Shown: positions 1 to 10,364, counted from the whole stretch's first letter. The stretch: DNA of 60,382 bases, filler included, from Globobulimina sp. (GCA_003354225.1; 3 parts of 3 records of this genome joined end to end with filler, not necessarily neighbours in it), one strand, 5' to 3'. Notes: a model not told the origin generated them from the sequence alone. Numbers and translations are program-made.

Positions 1-418
1 TATATTATGATATAAAATAAAATTAATTAATTAATTATTATAGGGGTTTTTTGGTCCCTTATCCATACTACTTGGATATGAATTACTATTACTATATATT
101 ATATGATAATCATAAGATAATCATAAGATATTGATTAAGATTGTATGATACGCATTGTATCTCTTTATATATAGTAGTAAGGTATTTATTTTATAAATGA
201 GACGATTAATTAATTCATTTAATATGATAATATATAAAATGACCTGCCTACCCACCCCCCCGATTATTATTTTCCGTGATATTTTTTTCTCAACATTTTC
301 AAAATAAAATGGAATAATGAAACCCTTGAATAACATATCCTTTAAAATGGATACTTTACACCTTTTAAGTGGATTAGTTTTATTTGACCCTTTTTTAGGT
401 GTTTTTAACAAGATTGAG

Positions 419-683
419 AATAATGGTTCAAGGTAAATATATAATATAAATATGAAAATATAATCAATCAATAATGATATATAATATAAAATGAAAATAT
501 ATACTCATTTTATTACCCATCTATCCCCCCGATTATTTTTTTTATTGATTTATAAATACTGGTGATTATCATATATTAAAAATAATGGTTCAAGGTAAAT
601 ATATAATATATTAATGATATATTTTCCTCACATTTGACCCCCAAATATTTCTTTTACTCATTTTATTATCCATCTATCCGCCC
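419..683. repeat. Dispersed direct repeats in the left non-coding end
   Basis: AATAATGGTTCAAGGTAAATATATAATATA at 419-448 and 581-610; TACTCATTTT..CCATCTATCC at ~502-530 and ~655-683. Confidence 0.85.
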
Positions 684-698
684 TAAAATTACTGATAT

Positions 699-928
699 AA
701 AAGTGTGAGTTTTTGTGTTAATTTTTATTCAATTTTTACTTTTAGTTTGAGTAAGGTCATTTTCATTTTAGAGAGTGTTTTAGAGAGTGTTTTTGAGTTT
801 AGAGAGTGTTTTTAAAAGTGTGAGTTTTTGTGTTAATTTTTATTCAATTTTTACTTTTAGTTTGAGTAAGGTCATTTTCATTTTTGAGAGTGTTTTTGAG
901 AGTGTTTTTGAGTTTTGAGAGCGTTTTT
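699..928. repeat. Tandem duplication of a ~115-bp unit (left arm of the inverted repeat)
   Basis: Units 699-813 and 814-928 are nearly identical and contain internal GAGAGTGTTTT sub-repeats. Confidence 0.95.
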
Positions 929-1131
929 AAGGGTGTTGATGTTGCTATATTAACTCAATGATTTTCATTTCTTCAATCCTCATTGAAAAATATTTCATAT
1001 TGTTTGTATCTAATCTTATTAAATCTTTTGTGTATCTCTTATCATTATAATATTTTTTGATGAATGTATAAAATAATCTTAACATATATGAATTGTTATT
1101 ATACAATCAATATATATATTTTAATCTTAAA

Positions 1132-1479
1132 TTAATCTAACATTTTTATATATTCTTCTTCTTCTTCACTATCAGTAAATACTAATTCTATCATTGATGG
1201 TATTGATTGTTTAACTTTCTTATTCTTCTTTCTTCTTCTTCTCTTCTTTATTGGTGTAGCAGTAAAATAGTCATAAGTTTTATATAATGAAAATCCTAAA
1301 CCTATACCAGCAAACCCTAATAAAAATCCTCCTAAAAGTGCTTTTTTATTTTCACTTGGTCCTTTTGGTTCGTCAAATACCCAATCATCAAAAATATTAA
1401 GTTCATCATCTCCTACACATATACCACAATTTTTTAATGCTTCTCTCTTGTCTTCTTTTGATAAATCTTTAATACTCAT
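1132..1479 (-). CDS. Hypothetical membrane protein with basic tract
   Basis: Hydrophobic LLGGFLLGFAGIGLGFSLY, then KKRRRRKK and DSEEEEE. Confidence 0.75.
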   Translation of the reverse strand: MSIKDLSKEDKREALKNCGICVGDDELNIFDDWVFDEPKGPSENKKALLGGFLLGFAGIGLGFSLYKTYDYFTATPIKKRRRRKKNKKVKQSIPSMIELVFTDSEEEEEYIKMLD

Positions 1480-1664
1480 ATTTTATTATATTACTATACT
1501 ATTTTTTATTTTTTAAATAAAAACATAAAAATATATGATAAATCAAGGTAAAAAATTATAGAAATATCATAGAGATTATAGAGTGTATAGATACTATGAA
1601 AAAAGTTTATAGAATTAAAAAAATATTTTAAGAATTATTATATATTTATACAATATAATACAAT

Positions 1665-2303
1665 ATGAGTTTAGACAATCAACAATCAAAGGTAGAAATT
1701 ACAGAAAAACCAATAGATAATGTAGTCATTGAAAATATTACAGATTTAATTGATGATGATGTTATTAAATCACTAAACAAAGGAGAACAAGCAAAAATAC
1801 ACGCAGAGGATATTAAAAAAGCAAATATCAAATTAAGGTGTGAAAAGGCTCGTGCTGGTAAGAAAAACAAAGCAGAACAAATTAAAATGTTAGAACAACA
1901 ATTATTAGAACAAAAAAGACAAACTCAACAACCTAAACAAGCACAACCTAAACAAGATATTAATGCTTCTGTTAATAATTATAATAATATTCAAAATCAA
2001 CCAGTTCAAGGATTTAGTAATACTACTAAATTGATGTTTGGATTAGGTGGATTATCTACATTATTCCTTGGATATAAAATGTTTATTATGGAAGATACTG
2101 ATAGTGAATGGGATAGTGATGTTGAAACAAGAGAAAAGAAAAAGAAAATCAAAAGAGCATCAAAGAAAAACAAAAAAAGAAGAAAACGAAGAAGAGAAAA
2201 GAAAGAAAAGAAGGAGGTTTCAAGAACAGTAGCACCTACACCTATTACTAATAAGAAAAATTATTCACTTAACCTATCAAGGTTTAATAAACAAGATGAT
2301 TAA
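1665..2303 (+). CDS. Hypothetical protein with one TM helix and acidic/basic tracts
   Basis: 212-aa ORF; LMFGLGGLSTLFLGY hydrophobic segment; poly-K/R. Confidence 0.8.
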   Translation: MSLDNQQSKVEITEKPIDNVVIENITDLIDDDVIKSLNKGEQAKIHAEDIKKANIKLRCEKARAGKKNKAEQIKMLEQQLLEQKRQTQQPKQAQPKQDINASVNNYNNIQNQPVQGFSNTTKLMFGLGGLSTLFLGYKMFIMEDTDSEWDSDVETREKKKKIKRASKKNKKRRKRRREKKEKKEVSRTVAPTPITNKKNYSLNLSRFNKQDD

Positions 2304-2325
2304 AAAAAAAAGATTTTTTTAAAGT

Positions 2326-2333
2326 AAAATTGA
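2326..2333 (+). promoter_or_regulatory. AAAATTGA giant-virus-type early promoter (representative of 14 intergenic copies)
   Basis: Copies at 2326, 2759, 3383, 3593, 5240, 5904, 6488, 9361, 10282, 10882, 18275, 18690, 20184, 23173; usually extended as AAAATTGATTTG and upstream of + strand ORFs. Confidence 0.85.
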
Positions 2334-2369
2334 TTTGTATATATACTATTAAATAAACCAATTATTATA

Positions 2370-2681
2370 ATGAATAAACTTTTATTAAAAGACCAAACTA
2401 AATTAGTAAATAAACTTATTCAATTAGAAGAAATTGAATATAATGATATTCAAAACTCTATTATATATGATGAAGAAACAGAAGAAGAAGAAGAACAAGA
2501 AGTATATATTTGGTATTTAATTGATAGTTGTTATTTAGATGTATTTTTTGATTTAAAAACACCGATTATTGAATATGAAAGTCAAGTGTGGATAGGTCAA
2601 ACTTGGTATGGATGTTCTTGGAAAAACTCTCATTTATGGAAACCTCTGTGTGAGAAATTACCATTCTTAAAGAATGAATAA
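2370..2681 (+). CDS. Hypothetical protein
   Basis: 103-aa ORF behind AAAATTGA; Trp-rich C-terminus. Confidence 0.75.
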   Translation: MNKLLLKDQTKLVNKLIQLEEIEYNDIQNSIIYDEETEEEEEQEVYIWYLIDSCYLDVFFDLKTPIIEYESQVWIGQTWYGCSWKNSHLWKPLCEKLPFLKNE

Positions 2682-2686
2682 ACTAT

Positions 2687-2717
2687 TTTTTAAAAAACCA
2701 TATATTATAATGGACTT
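2687..2717 (+). terminator. Conserved bipartite 3' element TTTTTAAAAA-N9/10-A(T/A)AATGGACTT (representative of 6 copies); function inferred
   Basis: Copies start at 2687, 3325, 6957, 10818, 12042, 20734, each just downstream of a gene that has the AAAATTGA promoter. Confidence 0.6.
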
Positions 2718-2789
2718 ATTTTCTATTATAATATTTTAAAAAAAAATGTTTTTAAATTAAAATTGATTTGTATATTATTTATAACAAAT

Positions 2790-3323
2790 ATGATTACTAA
2801 AACCCAAATCAAAATAAATAAAAGAAAAATGGAATTACAATTAAAAAGTATTATTCATTGTTGTAAATATTGTCGTGATATTAAAAAATCTATTGATATG
2901 AAATCTTCTAAAATGTGTAAGGATTGTTTTAGAAGTAGAGATATAATAAGATGTAAATTAAAAAGACAATTGAAGGGAAATAAATTAAAAAAACAAACAT
3001 ATTATCAAAAACATAAAAAAGAACTCATTAAAAAACAAAAGATAAATAATAAAAAAAGAAAAGAAGAATTAAAAAAATATCAAAAACAATATTGGATTAA
3101 AACAAGAACAATTGGAGAGTTATTCAATAGAGTTTTATTTGAATTAAGACAAACAACTATTAAATCTAAATCTATTGAACCTATTAATAAAAGAAGTAAA
3201 GGATATAAAAGAAATAAAGTAATTACTTTATATCCGTGTAAATGTTGTGGATTAAAAGGAAGGTCATATTCAGCATATATTAGACATTGTAAATCAAAGA
3301 AACATATTAAATTATCTTCTTAA
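2790..3323 (+). CDS. Basic Zn-finger protein
   Basis: CxxC pairs and C-terminal CxCC..H..SKKH finger; ATG 2790 preferred because the TTG at 2763 lies inside the promoter. Confidence 0.75.
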   Translation: MITKTQIKINKRKMELQLKSIIHCCKYCRDIKKSIDMKSSKMCKDCFRSRDIIRCKLKRQLKGNKLKKQTYYQKHKKELIKKQKINNKKRKEELKKYQKQYWIKTRTIGELFNRVLFELRQTTIKSKSIEPINKRSKGYKRNKVITLYPCKCCGLKGRSYSAYIRHCKSKKHIKLSS

Positions 3324-3354
3324 CTTTTTAAAAATCATATTATATAATGGACTT

Positions 3355-3603
3355 AATTGTAATTGTAAAATAAAATTATTTTAAAATTGATTTGTTTATT
3401 TATTTTAAAACTATGAAGTTTGTATTTTGGTGTGCTGTTTTGTATCTCGCATTCTTTTATCATCCTAAAAGAGAACTTGAAACACTGGAAGAAATTGAAG
3501 AAATTGAAAGACTTATTAAAGACTTTGAAGATAGAAAAGAACGAGTGCTTGAAGAACTTGAAGAAATTGTAATTGTAAAATAAAATTATTTTAAAATTGA
3601 TTT
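3355..3603 (+). repeat. 39-bp direct repeats flanking a small ORF
   Basis: AATTGTAATTGTAAAATAAAATTATTTTAAAATTGATTT at 3355-3393 and 3565-3603. Confidence 0.95.
3413..3583 (+). CDS. Small protein with hydrophobic N-terminus and coiled coil
   Basis: ATG 3413 downstream of AAAATTGA; MKFVFWCAVLYLAFF. Confidence 0.65.
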   Translation: MKFVFWCAVLYLAFFYHPKRELETLEEIEEIERLIKDFEDRKERVLEELEEIVIVK

Positions 3604-3636
3604 ATTTATTATAATAATATATCACCTATTATTATA

Positions 3637-3918
3637 ATGTCCTCTCATTTAGAACAATTAGAATTAAGATTAGAAAGAAACGAAAGAGAAATATCAAGAG
3701 CAAAAAAAGAGATGGATACATTTCTCAAAAATAAACAAATCATAACAACAGAATTACTTGAACTTATAGACGAATATGAGATTGAAGATAGATTAACATC
3801 CACATTTGGAGCACTACTTGTGAGTATCAAAAGCAAACAAGATGATAAAGAAAATATTGAAAATAAGATAATAGATTGTAAAATCCAAAGTATCTTTAAT
3901 AAATATATTTACGAATAA
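3637..3918 (+). CDS. Coiled-coil hypothetical protein
   Basis: 93-aa ORF behind AAAATTGA. Confidence 0.7.
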   Translation: MSSHLEQLELRLERNEREISRAKKEMDTFLKNKQIITTELLELIDEYEIEDRLTSTFGALLVSIKSKQDDKENIENKIIDCKIQSIFNKYIYE

Positions 3919-4281
3919 ATCTAATTGATAAATAAAAATGTTTAAAGAATTATTATATATATATTATATATAATATGTTTCAAGTATATAAATTATTAGA
4001 TAATACTGATAAATTACTTACAACCTTTCATAAGGATAGTAAGGATACTTTTTTTTTAATCAAGATTTTTATGATTTTTATGATTTTTTATATTTTTACC
4101 GAGATATTAAAAAATATGAGGTTTTTATACGATATTTAGGTGTTTTTATATAGAGATTATAGACTTTTTTTGTTTTTTAGAAAAAAATAAAAAAAATTAA
4201 AAAAACTATACCATTTTTCCTATACAAAAAATATTTTTTTTTAAAAATAAAAAAATAGTATAGAGTATATAAATAATTATT

Positions 4282-5211
4282 ATGAATAAATTAAATAATT
4301 TGATGAATGGTGTAAAAATTACAAACAAAAAAGAAAAAAAAGTAATTTGTGAATGTGGAAAAGCAGTCAATTCAATTTCTGCTCTCAACTATCATAAGTT
4401 TAAAGCAAAAAAACCTTGTGTTTTACAAACTGGGGAACAACAACCTACTAAATCATATTTAGATATGACCGAAGAAGAAGCAATTAATACAGCACATATT
4501 CAACAAGCAGATACTACCGAAGATGTTGAAGAACGGATTTTAAACCCAGCAGAACAAGCAGATAAATTAAGCAAACAAGAAGAGTTAAAAGATTTAATTA
4601 AACAAGATGCGAAGGTAATTAATTTAAATAAACCACCAGAGGTAAATACTATGTGTGATAATATTGATAAATTGGATTATGATAGTCTAAAAAATTATCT
4701 ACAAGAAGCAGAGACTAAAATCAATAAAGTAGCATCATCTAATATGGTAAATGGAGGAATACAATTTTTAAACCAAGGACTTTCAATGATTACTGATATA
4801 GCAAAAGAAGAATTGGATGAAGCAACAATTTTAGATAAAGCATATATGGAAGATACTCAATTTTTATTTAATAAATACGGAGGAAAACATATTAATAGAA
4901 ACAGAGAAATTAGATGGATGGTTCAAACAGTTAGTAAAGGTGCTGGTATGTTTTTTAGAAGTATGATGAACCAAGAAGCAATGTATAAAGAAGAAATGGA
5001 GAAAGAATATTTAAGACAACAACAAAAGAAAAAATCAAAGAAATCAAAGAAATCAAAGAAAGCAAAGAAAGCAAAGAGAAAGATTGAAGAAGAAACTGAA
5101 ATATTAGAAATATTAGATAGTGAAAGTGAAAGTGAAAGTGATACATCACCAGAAGATTATACTGATAGTGAAGAAGATACTGATTATACTGATAGTGAAG
5201 AAGAAGATTAA
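4282..5211 (+). CDS. Hypothetical protein with N-terminal Zn-finger and basic/acidic tail
   Basis: CECGK..LNYH motif; KKSKKSKKAKK then DSESESE/DYTDSEED repeats. Confidence 0.8.
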   Translation: MNKLNNLMNGVKITNKKEKKVICECGKAVNSISALNYHKFKAKKPCVLQTGEQQPTKSYLDMTEEEAINTAHIQQADTTEDVEERILNPAEQADKLSKQEELKDLIKQDAKVINLNKPPEVNTMCDNIDKLDYDSLKNYLQEAETKINKVASSNMVNGGIQFLNQGLSMITDIAKEELDEATILDKAYMEDTQFLFNKYGGKHINRNREIRWMVQTVSKGAGMFFRSMMNQEAMYKEEMEKEYLRQQQKKKSKKSKKSKKAKKAKRKIEEETEILEILDSESESESDTSPEDYTDSEEDTDYTDSEEED

Positions 5212-5276
5212 ATATTAAAAAAAATATTTTTTTCATATTAAAATTGATTTGTTTATATATATTAAACAACTCAACA

Positions 5277-5882
5277 ATGAATACAAAAAGAATAATCAAG
5301 AAAAACAAGAAAACAGATATGGAAGAGAAAACAAGAAAAGATACAGTAAAATCAAATTGTAAAATTGCGGTAGATGGTATAATTGAAAGAATAAATGATG
5401 ATTTTTTTGATTTAGAAGATAGAGAAGATGTAATCTTAAATGAAACAATTGAACGAAGAGAAGTTATAGGTAAAGTAATGTATGTAATAAGAAGAATTAG
5501 AGAACTTTCTTTATACGATATGATAGAATATAATTTTAATCATATATGTTTTGGTATGGGTGAAGATGAAGATAATTATTGGTTTATGATGAGATTTAAA
5601 AATATGGGTTTTAAAGATAAACGAATGATATATACATTTAACGACGAAATCCAAGAGTTATTATATGATTATCAATCAAAAGATACAGATAAAAGTCATA
5701 CAATTCAAGTATGTTATGATGATGAAGATGATGAGATATTTTTTTATATTGGGTTTAATAAACTACCAAATAAAATATGTCCTATTTGTGGAGAACCATC
5801 AATATTGGGTTGTAGTGATAGGAAAATGTGTTGGGATTGTGAATGGGATGGTAAGTGTGATGGTAAGTGTGATGATGATTAA
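5277..5882 (+). CDS. Hypothetical protein with C-terminal Zn-ribbon
   Basis: CPICG..CWDC; ATG 5277 preferred because the TTG at 5244 lies in the promoter. Confidence 0.75.
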   Translation: MNTKRIIKKNKKTDMEEKTRKDTVKSNCKIAVDGIIERINDDFFDLEDREDVILNETIERREVIGKVMYVIRRIRELSLYDMIEYNFNHICFGMGEDEDNYWFMMRFKNMGFKDKRMIYTFNDEIQELLYDYQSKDTDKSHTIQVCYDDEDDEIFFYIGFNKLPNKICPICGEPSILGCSDRKMCWDCEWDGKCDGKCDDD

Positions 5883-5956
5883 AAAAAAGATTTTTTCCAT
5901 ATTAAAATTGATTTGTTTATTATATATAAACAACTCAATTAATAACAACTTTTAAA

Positions 5957-6469
5957 ATGACTATTTTATCTACACCTTTTAACCTTCAAACATTCTTAAA
6001 GAAGTTTTATTCATTTCAAGTAGAAATGGGTATTACAAAACAACATTGTTTTCATAATGTTAGGTATTTAGTAGATTATCTAAAATGTTATGATATTAAT
6101 GTAAAATCTGTTAATGGATTTATAATATTGAGAAAGGAAAATCAACAAAGGAAAATAGAACATAACTGGATTGAATATGATAATGAAATCATTGAACCAA
6201 ATAAGAGATTATATGATTTTCAATCAATAAATAAGAAATATTTTAAGTTTAGTGAAACAAAAAAAATGTGGAAACAAATGAATACACCAAGAAAAGAGAG
6301 AATAGAAGATATGATATATAAAAAAAACCATTTAAAAAAATATTTTTCAAAATCTTATGGAATACATTTAAAATATGAAGATATGTTATGGAGTAGAATT
6401 ATAAATAAAGAACTATGTAATGAAGTATTATGTGAAACAAATGAATATAATTTATCACAACAAATATAA
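5957..6469 (+). CDS. Transglutaminase-like (Cys-His-acid) fold protein
   Basis: HCFHN ... VNGF ... HNWIE ... IIEP resembles the C..H-x-W..(D/E)P pattern. Confidence 0.5.
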   Translation: MTILSTPFNLQTFLKKFYSFQVEMGITKQHCFHNVRYLVDYLKCYDINVKSVNGFIILRKENQQRKIEHNWIEYDNEIIEPNKRLYDFQSINKKYFKFSETKKMWKQMNTPRKERIEDMIYKKNHLKKYFSKSYGIHLKYEDMLWSRIINKELCNEVLCETNEYNLSQQI

Positions 6470-6527
6470 AAAATATTTTTTTATATTAAAATTGATTTGT
6501 TTATTATTTATAAACTAATCAATTAAA

Positions 6528-6947
6528 ATGACTTATAATTGTATTGAAGATATATTGGAAGATTGTTCTGTTGAAACTGAAACTGAATGGAATAATTTAA
6601 TTCCAAAAGATATTGAAAGTATATTAAATACTATGTTATTTGAGACCGAGGAATATTTTTCTTTCTCTTGTGGAACTGATAGTTATTGTTTTAAACAAAT
6701 AGAAGAAGTTAGTAGGTATAAATCTGGAAAGAAGAAAGGACAAGTTAAAGAAGTTATAGTTCAAGAATGTCTTGGTAATGGTGAATTACTTAATGCTAAA
6801 AAGAAACTAAAATATACTGGGAAGAACTGGAAAATTACTCATTATTTTAGAACCTCTTGTTTTTATGGTAATAAATGGATTAAAGAAACTTCTAAATATT
6901 ATATGAGTAAAGGTTGGGTTCAACCATTCCAAGACCCTTCTTTTTAA
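6528..6947 (+). CDS. Hypothetical protein with possible F-box-like motif
   Basis: LIPKDIESIL; behind AAAATTGA. Confidence 0.7.
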   Translation: MTYNCIEDILEDCSVETETEWNNLIPKDIESILNTMLFETEEYFSFSCGTDSYCFKQIEEVSRYKSGKKKGQVKEVIVQECLGNGELLNAKKKLKYTGKNWKITHYFRTSCFYGNKWIKETSKYYMSKGWVQPFQDPSF

Positions 6948-7056
6948 AAAAAAATATTTTTAAAAAATATCCTTGAATAATGGACTTATTTTAAGTATAA
7001 TGAATATGAAATTATTATAAATATATAATAATATCATAATATATATTGATAATAGA

Positions 7057-7848
7057 ATGACTAAAAAAACAAAGAATAAAGAATGTGTTAATTTTTATAA
7101 CCATAACCATCACGGTATTTCTGTATTAGTTGGTCCTACTTTCTCTGGTAAATCTACGATTTTATTCACAATTCTTACTTCAAGTTTCTTGAAAAGATTT
7201 GTATATAAAAAAATATATATAGTTTGTGATGATACTTATAATGCTAATGAGTTATACAAAGTTTTAAACTTTAAAGTTAATTATATTTTTGAGTTTTTCA
7301 CACCAGAACTAATTGAAGAATTGTATGAAAAGGTAAAAGAAGATAGAGAAGAAGATATAAGAAAAGGTGAAATTAACCATTATGCTTTGGTAATGGATGA
7401 TTGTATAAATCATAAATGTTTTAATAAACGAGGTAGTGATGGTATAATATCAACGCTGGCTACAAAATCCAGACATTTTTTTTTAGATAATTACATACTT
7501 ACACAAAAATATAAAAGTATCCCAGATATAGTTCGTAAGAACACTCAATTTTTAATGGTTTGTGCTAATATTGGAGCAAAACAAGAAAGGGATGCGATAA
7601 TGGAAGAAATGAATATAATCAAAGATAATAATAATGAGTTTGTTAATCAAAATGTAATATGGAAGTTAGGACACAGAGTTAATAAAAAATATGATGTTTT
7701 AATATATGATATTAGAAATAAAAATGTATATAGAAACTTTCAATTATTAGATAAAGATTTATTAACAGAAGAAAATGAAAAATATGAAATGAGAAGATAT
7801 ATTAAAAAGAGAGAGTTTTTAGAAAAAATGGAAAAAATGAAGACTTAA
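7057..7848 (+). CDS. A32-like (FtsK/HerA) genome-packaging ATPase
   Basis: Walker A GPTFSGKST, Walker B LVMDD, A32 signature SRH..TQ..IP..RKN. Confidence 0.92.
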   Translation: MTKKTKNKECVNFYNHNHHGISVLVGPTFSGKSTILFTILTSSFLKRFVYKKIYIVCDDTYNANELYKVLNFKVNYIFEFFTPELIEELYEKVKEDREEDIRKGEINHYALVMDDCINHKCFNKRGSDGIISTLATKSRHFFLDNYILTQKYKSIPDIVRKNTQFLMVCANIGAKQERDAIMEEMNIIKDNNNEFVNQNVIWKLGHRVNKKYDVLIYDIRNKNVYRNFQLLDKDLLTEENEKYEMRRYIKKREFLEKMEKMKT

Positions 7849-7915
7849 TAAATGAATATTCAAACAAGAAAATTATATAAAAATAAAATATGATTATATA
7901 ATATAATAAATCAAT

Positions 7916-8647
7916 ATGAGTAAAGGAAAATTAATATTAAACTTATCAAAATCATTATATAATCAAAAATCAGTAGGTCATTTTAAAGTTAAATTACCAA
8001 AGAAAATAGAGAACTTTAATTCTTTTTATATCCATAATGTTAATATGATTAATTCACAATATACAAGTAATTCATTTAATAATACATTAGAAGTTTATTG
8101 GAATACTCAATTAAAAACAATTACTATGCCTACTCAACTATTCTCAACGATAGATGATTGGTGTTTAGAATTACAAACTCAATTAAATACAACTTTTTCT
8201 ACAAGTTTATTTTCAGTAGCATCTAATTCTGCTACTATGAAAAAAATGACTATCAAAACAACTGATAGTTCTGTATTTGAATTAAGGTTTTCAACATCAT
8301 CAAGAATTAATAGAGTTATGGGATTTTTAGAACAAGATTTCGTAGGAACATATACATATACAGCAACAAAGTTTTATAAACTATATCCAAAATATTTTGA
8401 TTTTAGATGTGATGAATTAGTTCAAAATATTACAACTGAAATTGATAATGAAGATACAAAAAGTTTTTTACAAGTTGATATTACTAATTCTACTGGTGGT
8501 ATATTATTTAATAAAACTCATATTATAGAAGATATGGTTGCTCCATTAGGTTATTTAGAATATTTAACTATTTATATTTATGATGATGAAGGTAATGCTG
8601 TTGAATTACAAGACGACGAAATTATCATTACTATTTATTATAAATAA
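7916..8647 (+). CDS. Minor capsid (penton) protein, single jelly-roll, Polinton/PLV-type
   Basis: N-terminal FKVKLPKKI..NSQY..NN and C-terminal LTIYIYDDEGNAVEL pattern; adjacent to the ATPase. Confidence 0.75.
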   Translation: MSKGKLILNLSKSLYNQKSVGHFKVKLPKKIENFNSFYIHNVNMINSQYTSNSFNNTLEVYWNTQLKTITMPTQLFSTIDDWCLELQTQLNTTFSTSLFSVASNSATMKKMTIKTTDSSVFELRFSTSSRINRVMGFLEQDFVGTYTYTATKFYKLYPKYFDFRCDELVQNITTEIDNEDTKSFLQVDITNSTGGILFNKTHIIEDMVAPLGYLEYLTIYIYDDEGNAVELQDDEIIITIYYK

Positions 8648-9079
8648 ACGAAACAATCATTTAAGAAAAAAATTATATTTAGTATTTATATATGTTTTAT
8701 TTTAAAAAGAAAAAAAAGAAAAAAAAGAATAATTTTGATTTTTTACCAAAAGAACTTGAAGATATAATAATGGATTATAAAGAAAGTTTAGAAAATTATG
8801 AAAAAAATAATATAATACATTTTAAAAATAAAACAAGAGACGAAATGTTGAAAATATATAAAAGAATTACTACTAATTATGATATTTTATTAAGAAAAAA
8901 TCATTTTGATGATGAAGAAGAAACATATTACGATAATAAATTATATAATTTATATATAAGAATTATAAGAAATGATTTTAGATATAACAAAACATTTAAT
9001 TTTTCTATACAAAGAGAATTATATTATAAATAAACGAAACAATCATTTAAGAAAAAAATTATAATTAGTATTTATATAT
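8636..9079 (+). repeat. 58-bp direct repeats (1 mismatch) flanking ORF 8692-9033
   Basis: 8636-8693 and 9022-9079; both contain the last codons YYK* of the preceding gene. Confidence 0.95.
8692..9033 (+). CDS. Hypothetical protein with F-box-like motif
   Basis: FLPKELEDIIMDY. Confidence 0.7.
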   Translation: MFYFKKKKKKKKNNFDFLPKELEDIIMDYKESLENYEKNNIIHFKNKTRDEMLKIYKRITTNYDILLRKNHFDDEEETYYDNKLYNLYIRIIRNDFRYNKTFNFSIQRELYYK

Positions 9080-9086
9080 ACTAACT

Positions 9087-9356
9087 ATGAATACAAATAC
9101 ACAAAATCCTTTCCAAGCATTACAAGACATATTTAAAATTATGATGAACCCAGATATATCAAATGAAGAATTAACCAAGTTTAGTGAAGAACTCACTAAT
9201 GATGATAAGTTTAAAAAATTACAAGACAACTTATTAGACATCAATAAACAGTTAGAAGATAAAGTTAAGACCCAACAACACAGAGAAAAAATTAAACGAA
9301 AAATTAAACGAAAATTGAAAAAAAAGAGAAGAAGAAGAAGAAAAAATAAAAATTAA
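9087..9356 (+). CDS. Small protein with basic C-terminal tail
   Basis: KIKRKIKRKLKKKRRRRRK. Confidence 0.7.
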   Translation: MNTNTQNPFQALQDIFKIMMNPDISNEELTKFSEELTNDDKFKKLQDNLLDINKQLEDKVKTQQHREKIKRKIKRKLKKKRRRRRKNKN

Positions 9357-9407
9357 AAGTAAAATTGATTTGTTTTATTATATTATATAAATATATAACA
9401 AAACAAA

Positions 9408-9737
9408 ATGGTAAGAATTGTAGCAGAACCTTTAACTATGAAAGATAGAAAAGATTTTTTTTATAACAAGTTTATTTCAAAATGTAATAATGATAGTGTA
9501 AATGATTTATTAATATGGAATATGGATAGTGTAAGAGTTCCTATTAAAAACTTAACAACTGATAATATTAAACCATTTTTAGATATGCTTTCAAAGTTTA
9601 ATGAATATGATTATGATACTTTCATAATAATTTTTGAAATATATGATTTTGATGTAAGTAAAATATATCATTTAACCGAAAAACAGCAGAAAAATAGTAT
9701 GTTGAATAAATTATCTTACACATTTATAGAAGATTAA
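9408..9737 (+). CDS. Hypothetical protein
   Basis: 109-aa ORF behind AAAATTGA. Confidence 0.75.
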   Translation: MVRIVAEPLTMKDRKDFFYNKFISKCNNDSVNDLLIWNMDSVRVPIKNLTTDNIKPFLDMLSKFNEYDYDTFIIIFEIYDFDVSKIYHLTEKQQKNSMLNKLSYTFIED

Positions 9738-9788
9738 TCAAAGTAAATTAATAGTATTTTTATATTATATTTATATATACAATATAAA

Positions 9789-10157
9789 ATGAATAATAAA
9801 TCAAAAGGATATTTTTATGCCGTAGATGCTGTATGGACTATTATGAATGTAGCAATGTTATATAATCCTAAAAAAGGATTATTAGAAGCAGTTAAAGAAG
9901 CAACTGAAAATACTACTTATAGTGTTATTGGTAATGCTGGTGAAAAACACTTAAATATTAATCATAATATAGGAAGACAACTTGTAGCATTTACAGATGA
10001 TATTACAAGAAAAAATAATAATGAAATTATTGATAAAATAGAATTACCAGCAAAAGTTATGAAACATTCAGTTCAGTTAGGTATTGGTTTAACTATGGAT
10101 TATGTTCTTACTGAATGTTTATGTATCAAAGATATACAAGGTGAAAGAATTGTATAA
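9789..10157 (+). CDS. Hypothetical protein
   Basis: 122-aa ORF with contig-typical codon usage. Confidence 0.75.
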   Translation: MNNKSKGYFYAVDAVWTIMNVAMLYNPKKGLLEAVKEATENTTYSVIGNAGEKHLNINHNIGRQLVAFTDDITRKNNNEIIDKIELPAKVMKHSVQLGIGLTMDYVLTECLCIKDIQGERIV

Positions 10158-10364
10158 AAAATGTAAGTTTTTGTTATAATTTTTGTTGAAAAAAACTTTA
10201 AAGTTATATCAAGGTTAAACTTGAAAATAGGGATGGTTTTTAAGATTAGGGAGTGTTTTAAAAAAAAGATTTATTTTTATTAAAATTGATTTGTATATTA
10301 TCTATAAACTAATCAATTAACCTTTTAACTTTAACTACTCTTTTTAATAACTTTCATTATAACT

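Noticed and set aside
121-471. 116-aa minus-strand ORF
   Set aside because: Lies in the repetitive non-coding end, with low-complexity I/Y/K composition
699-928. True terminal inverted repeats
   Set aside because: Arms lie ~700 and ~540 bp inside the contig ends and the outer flanks do not match; reported as sub-terminal only
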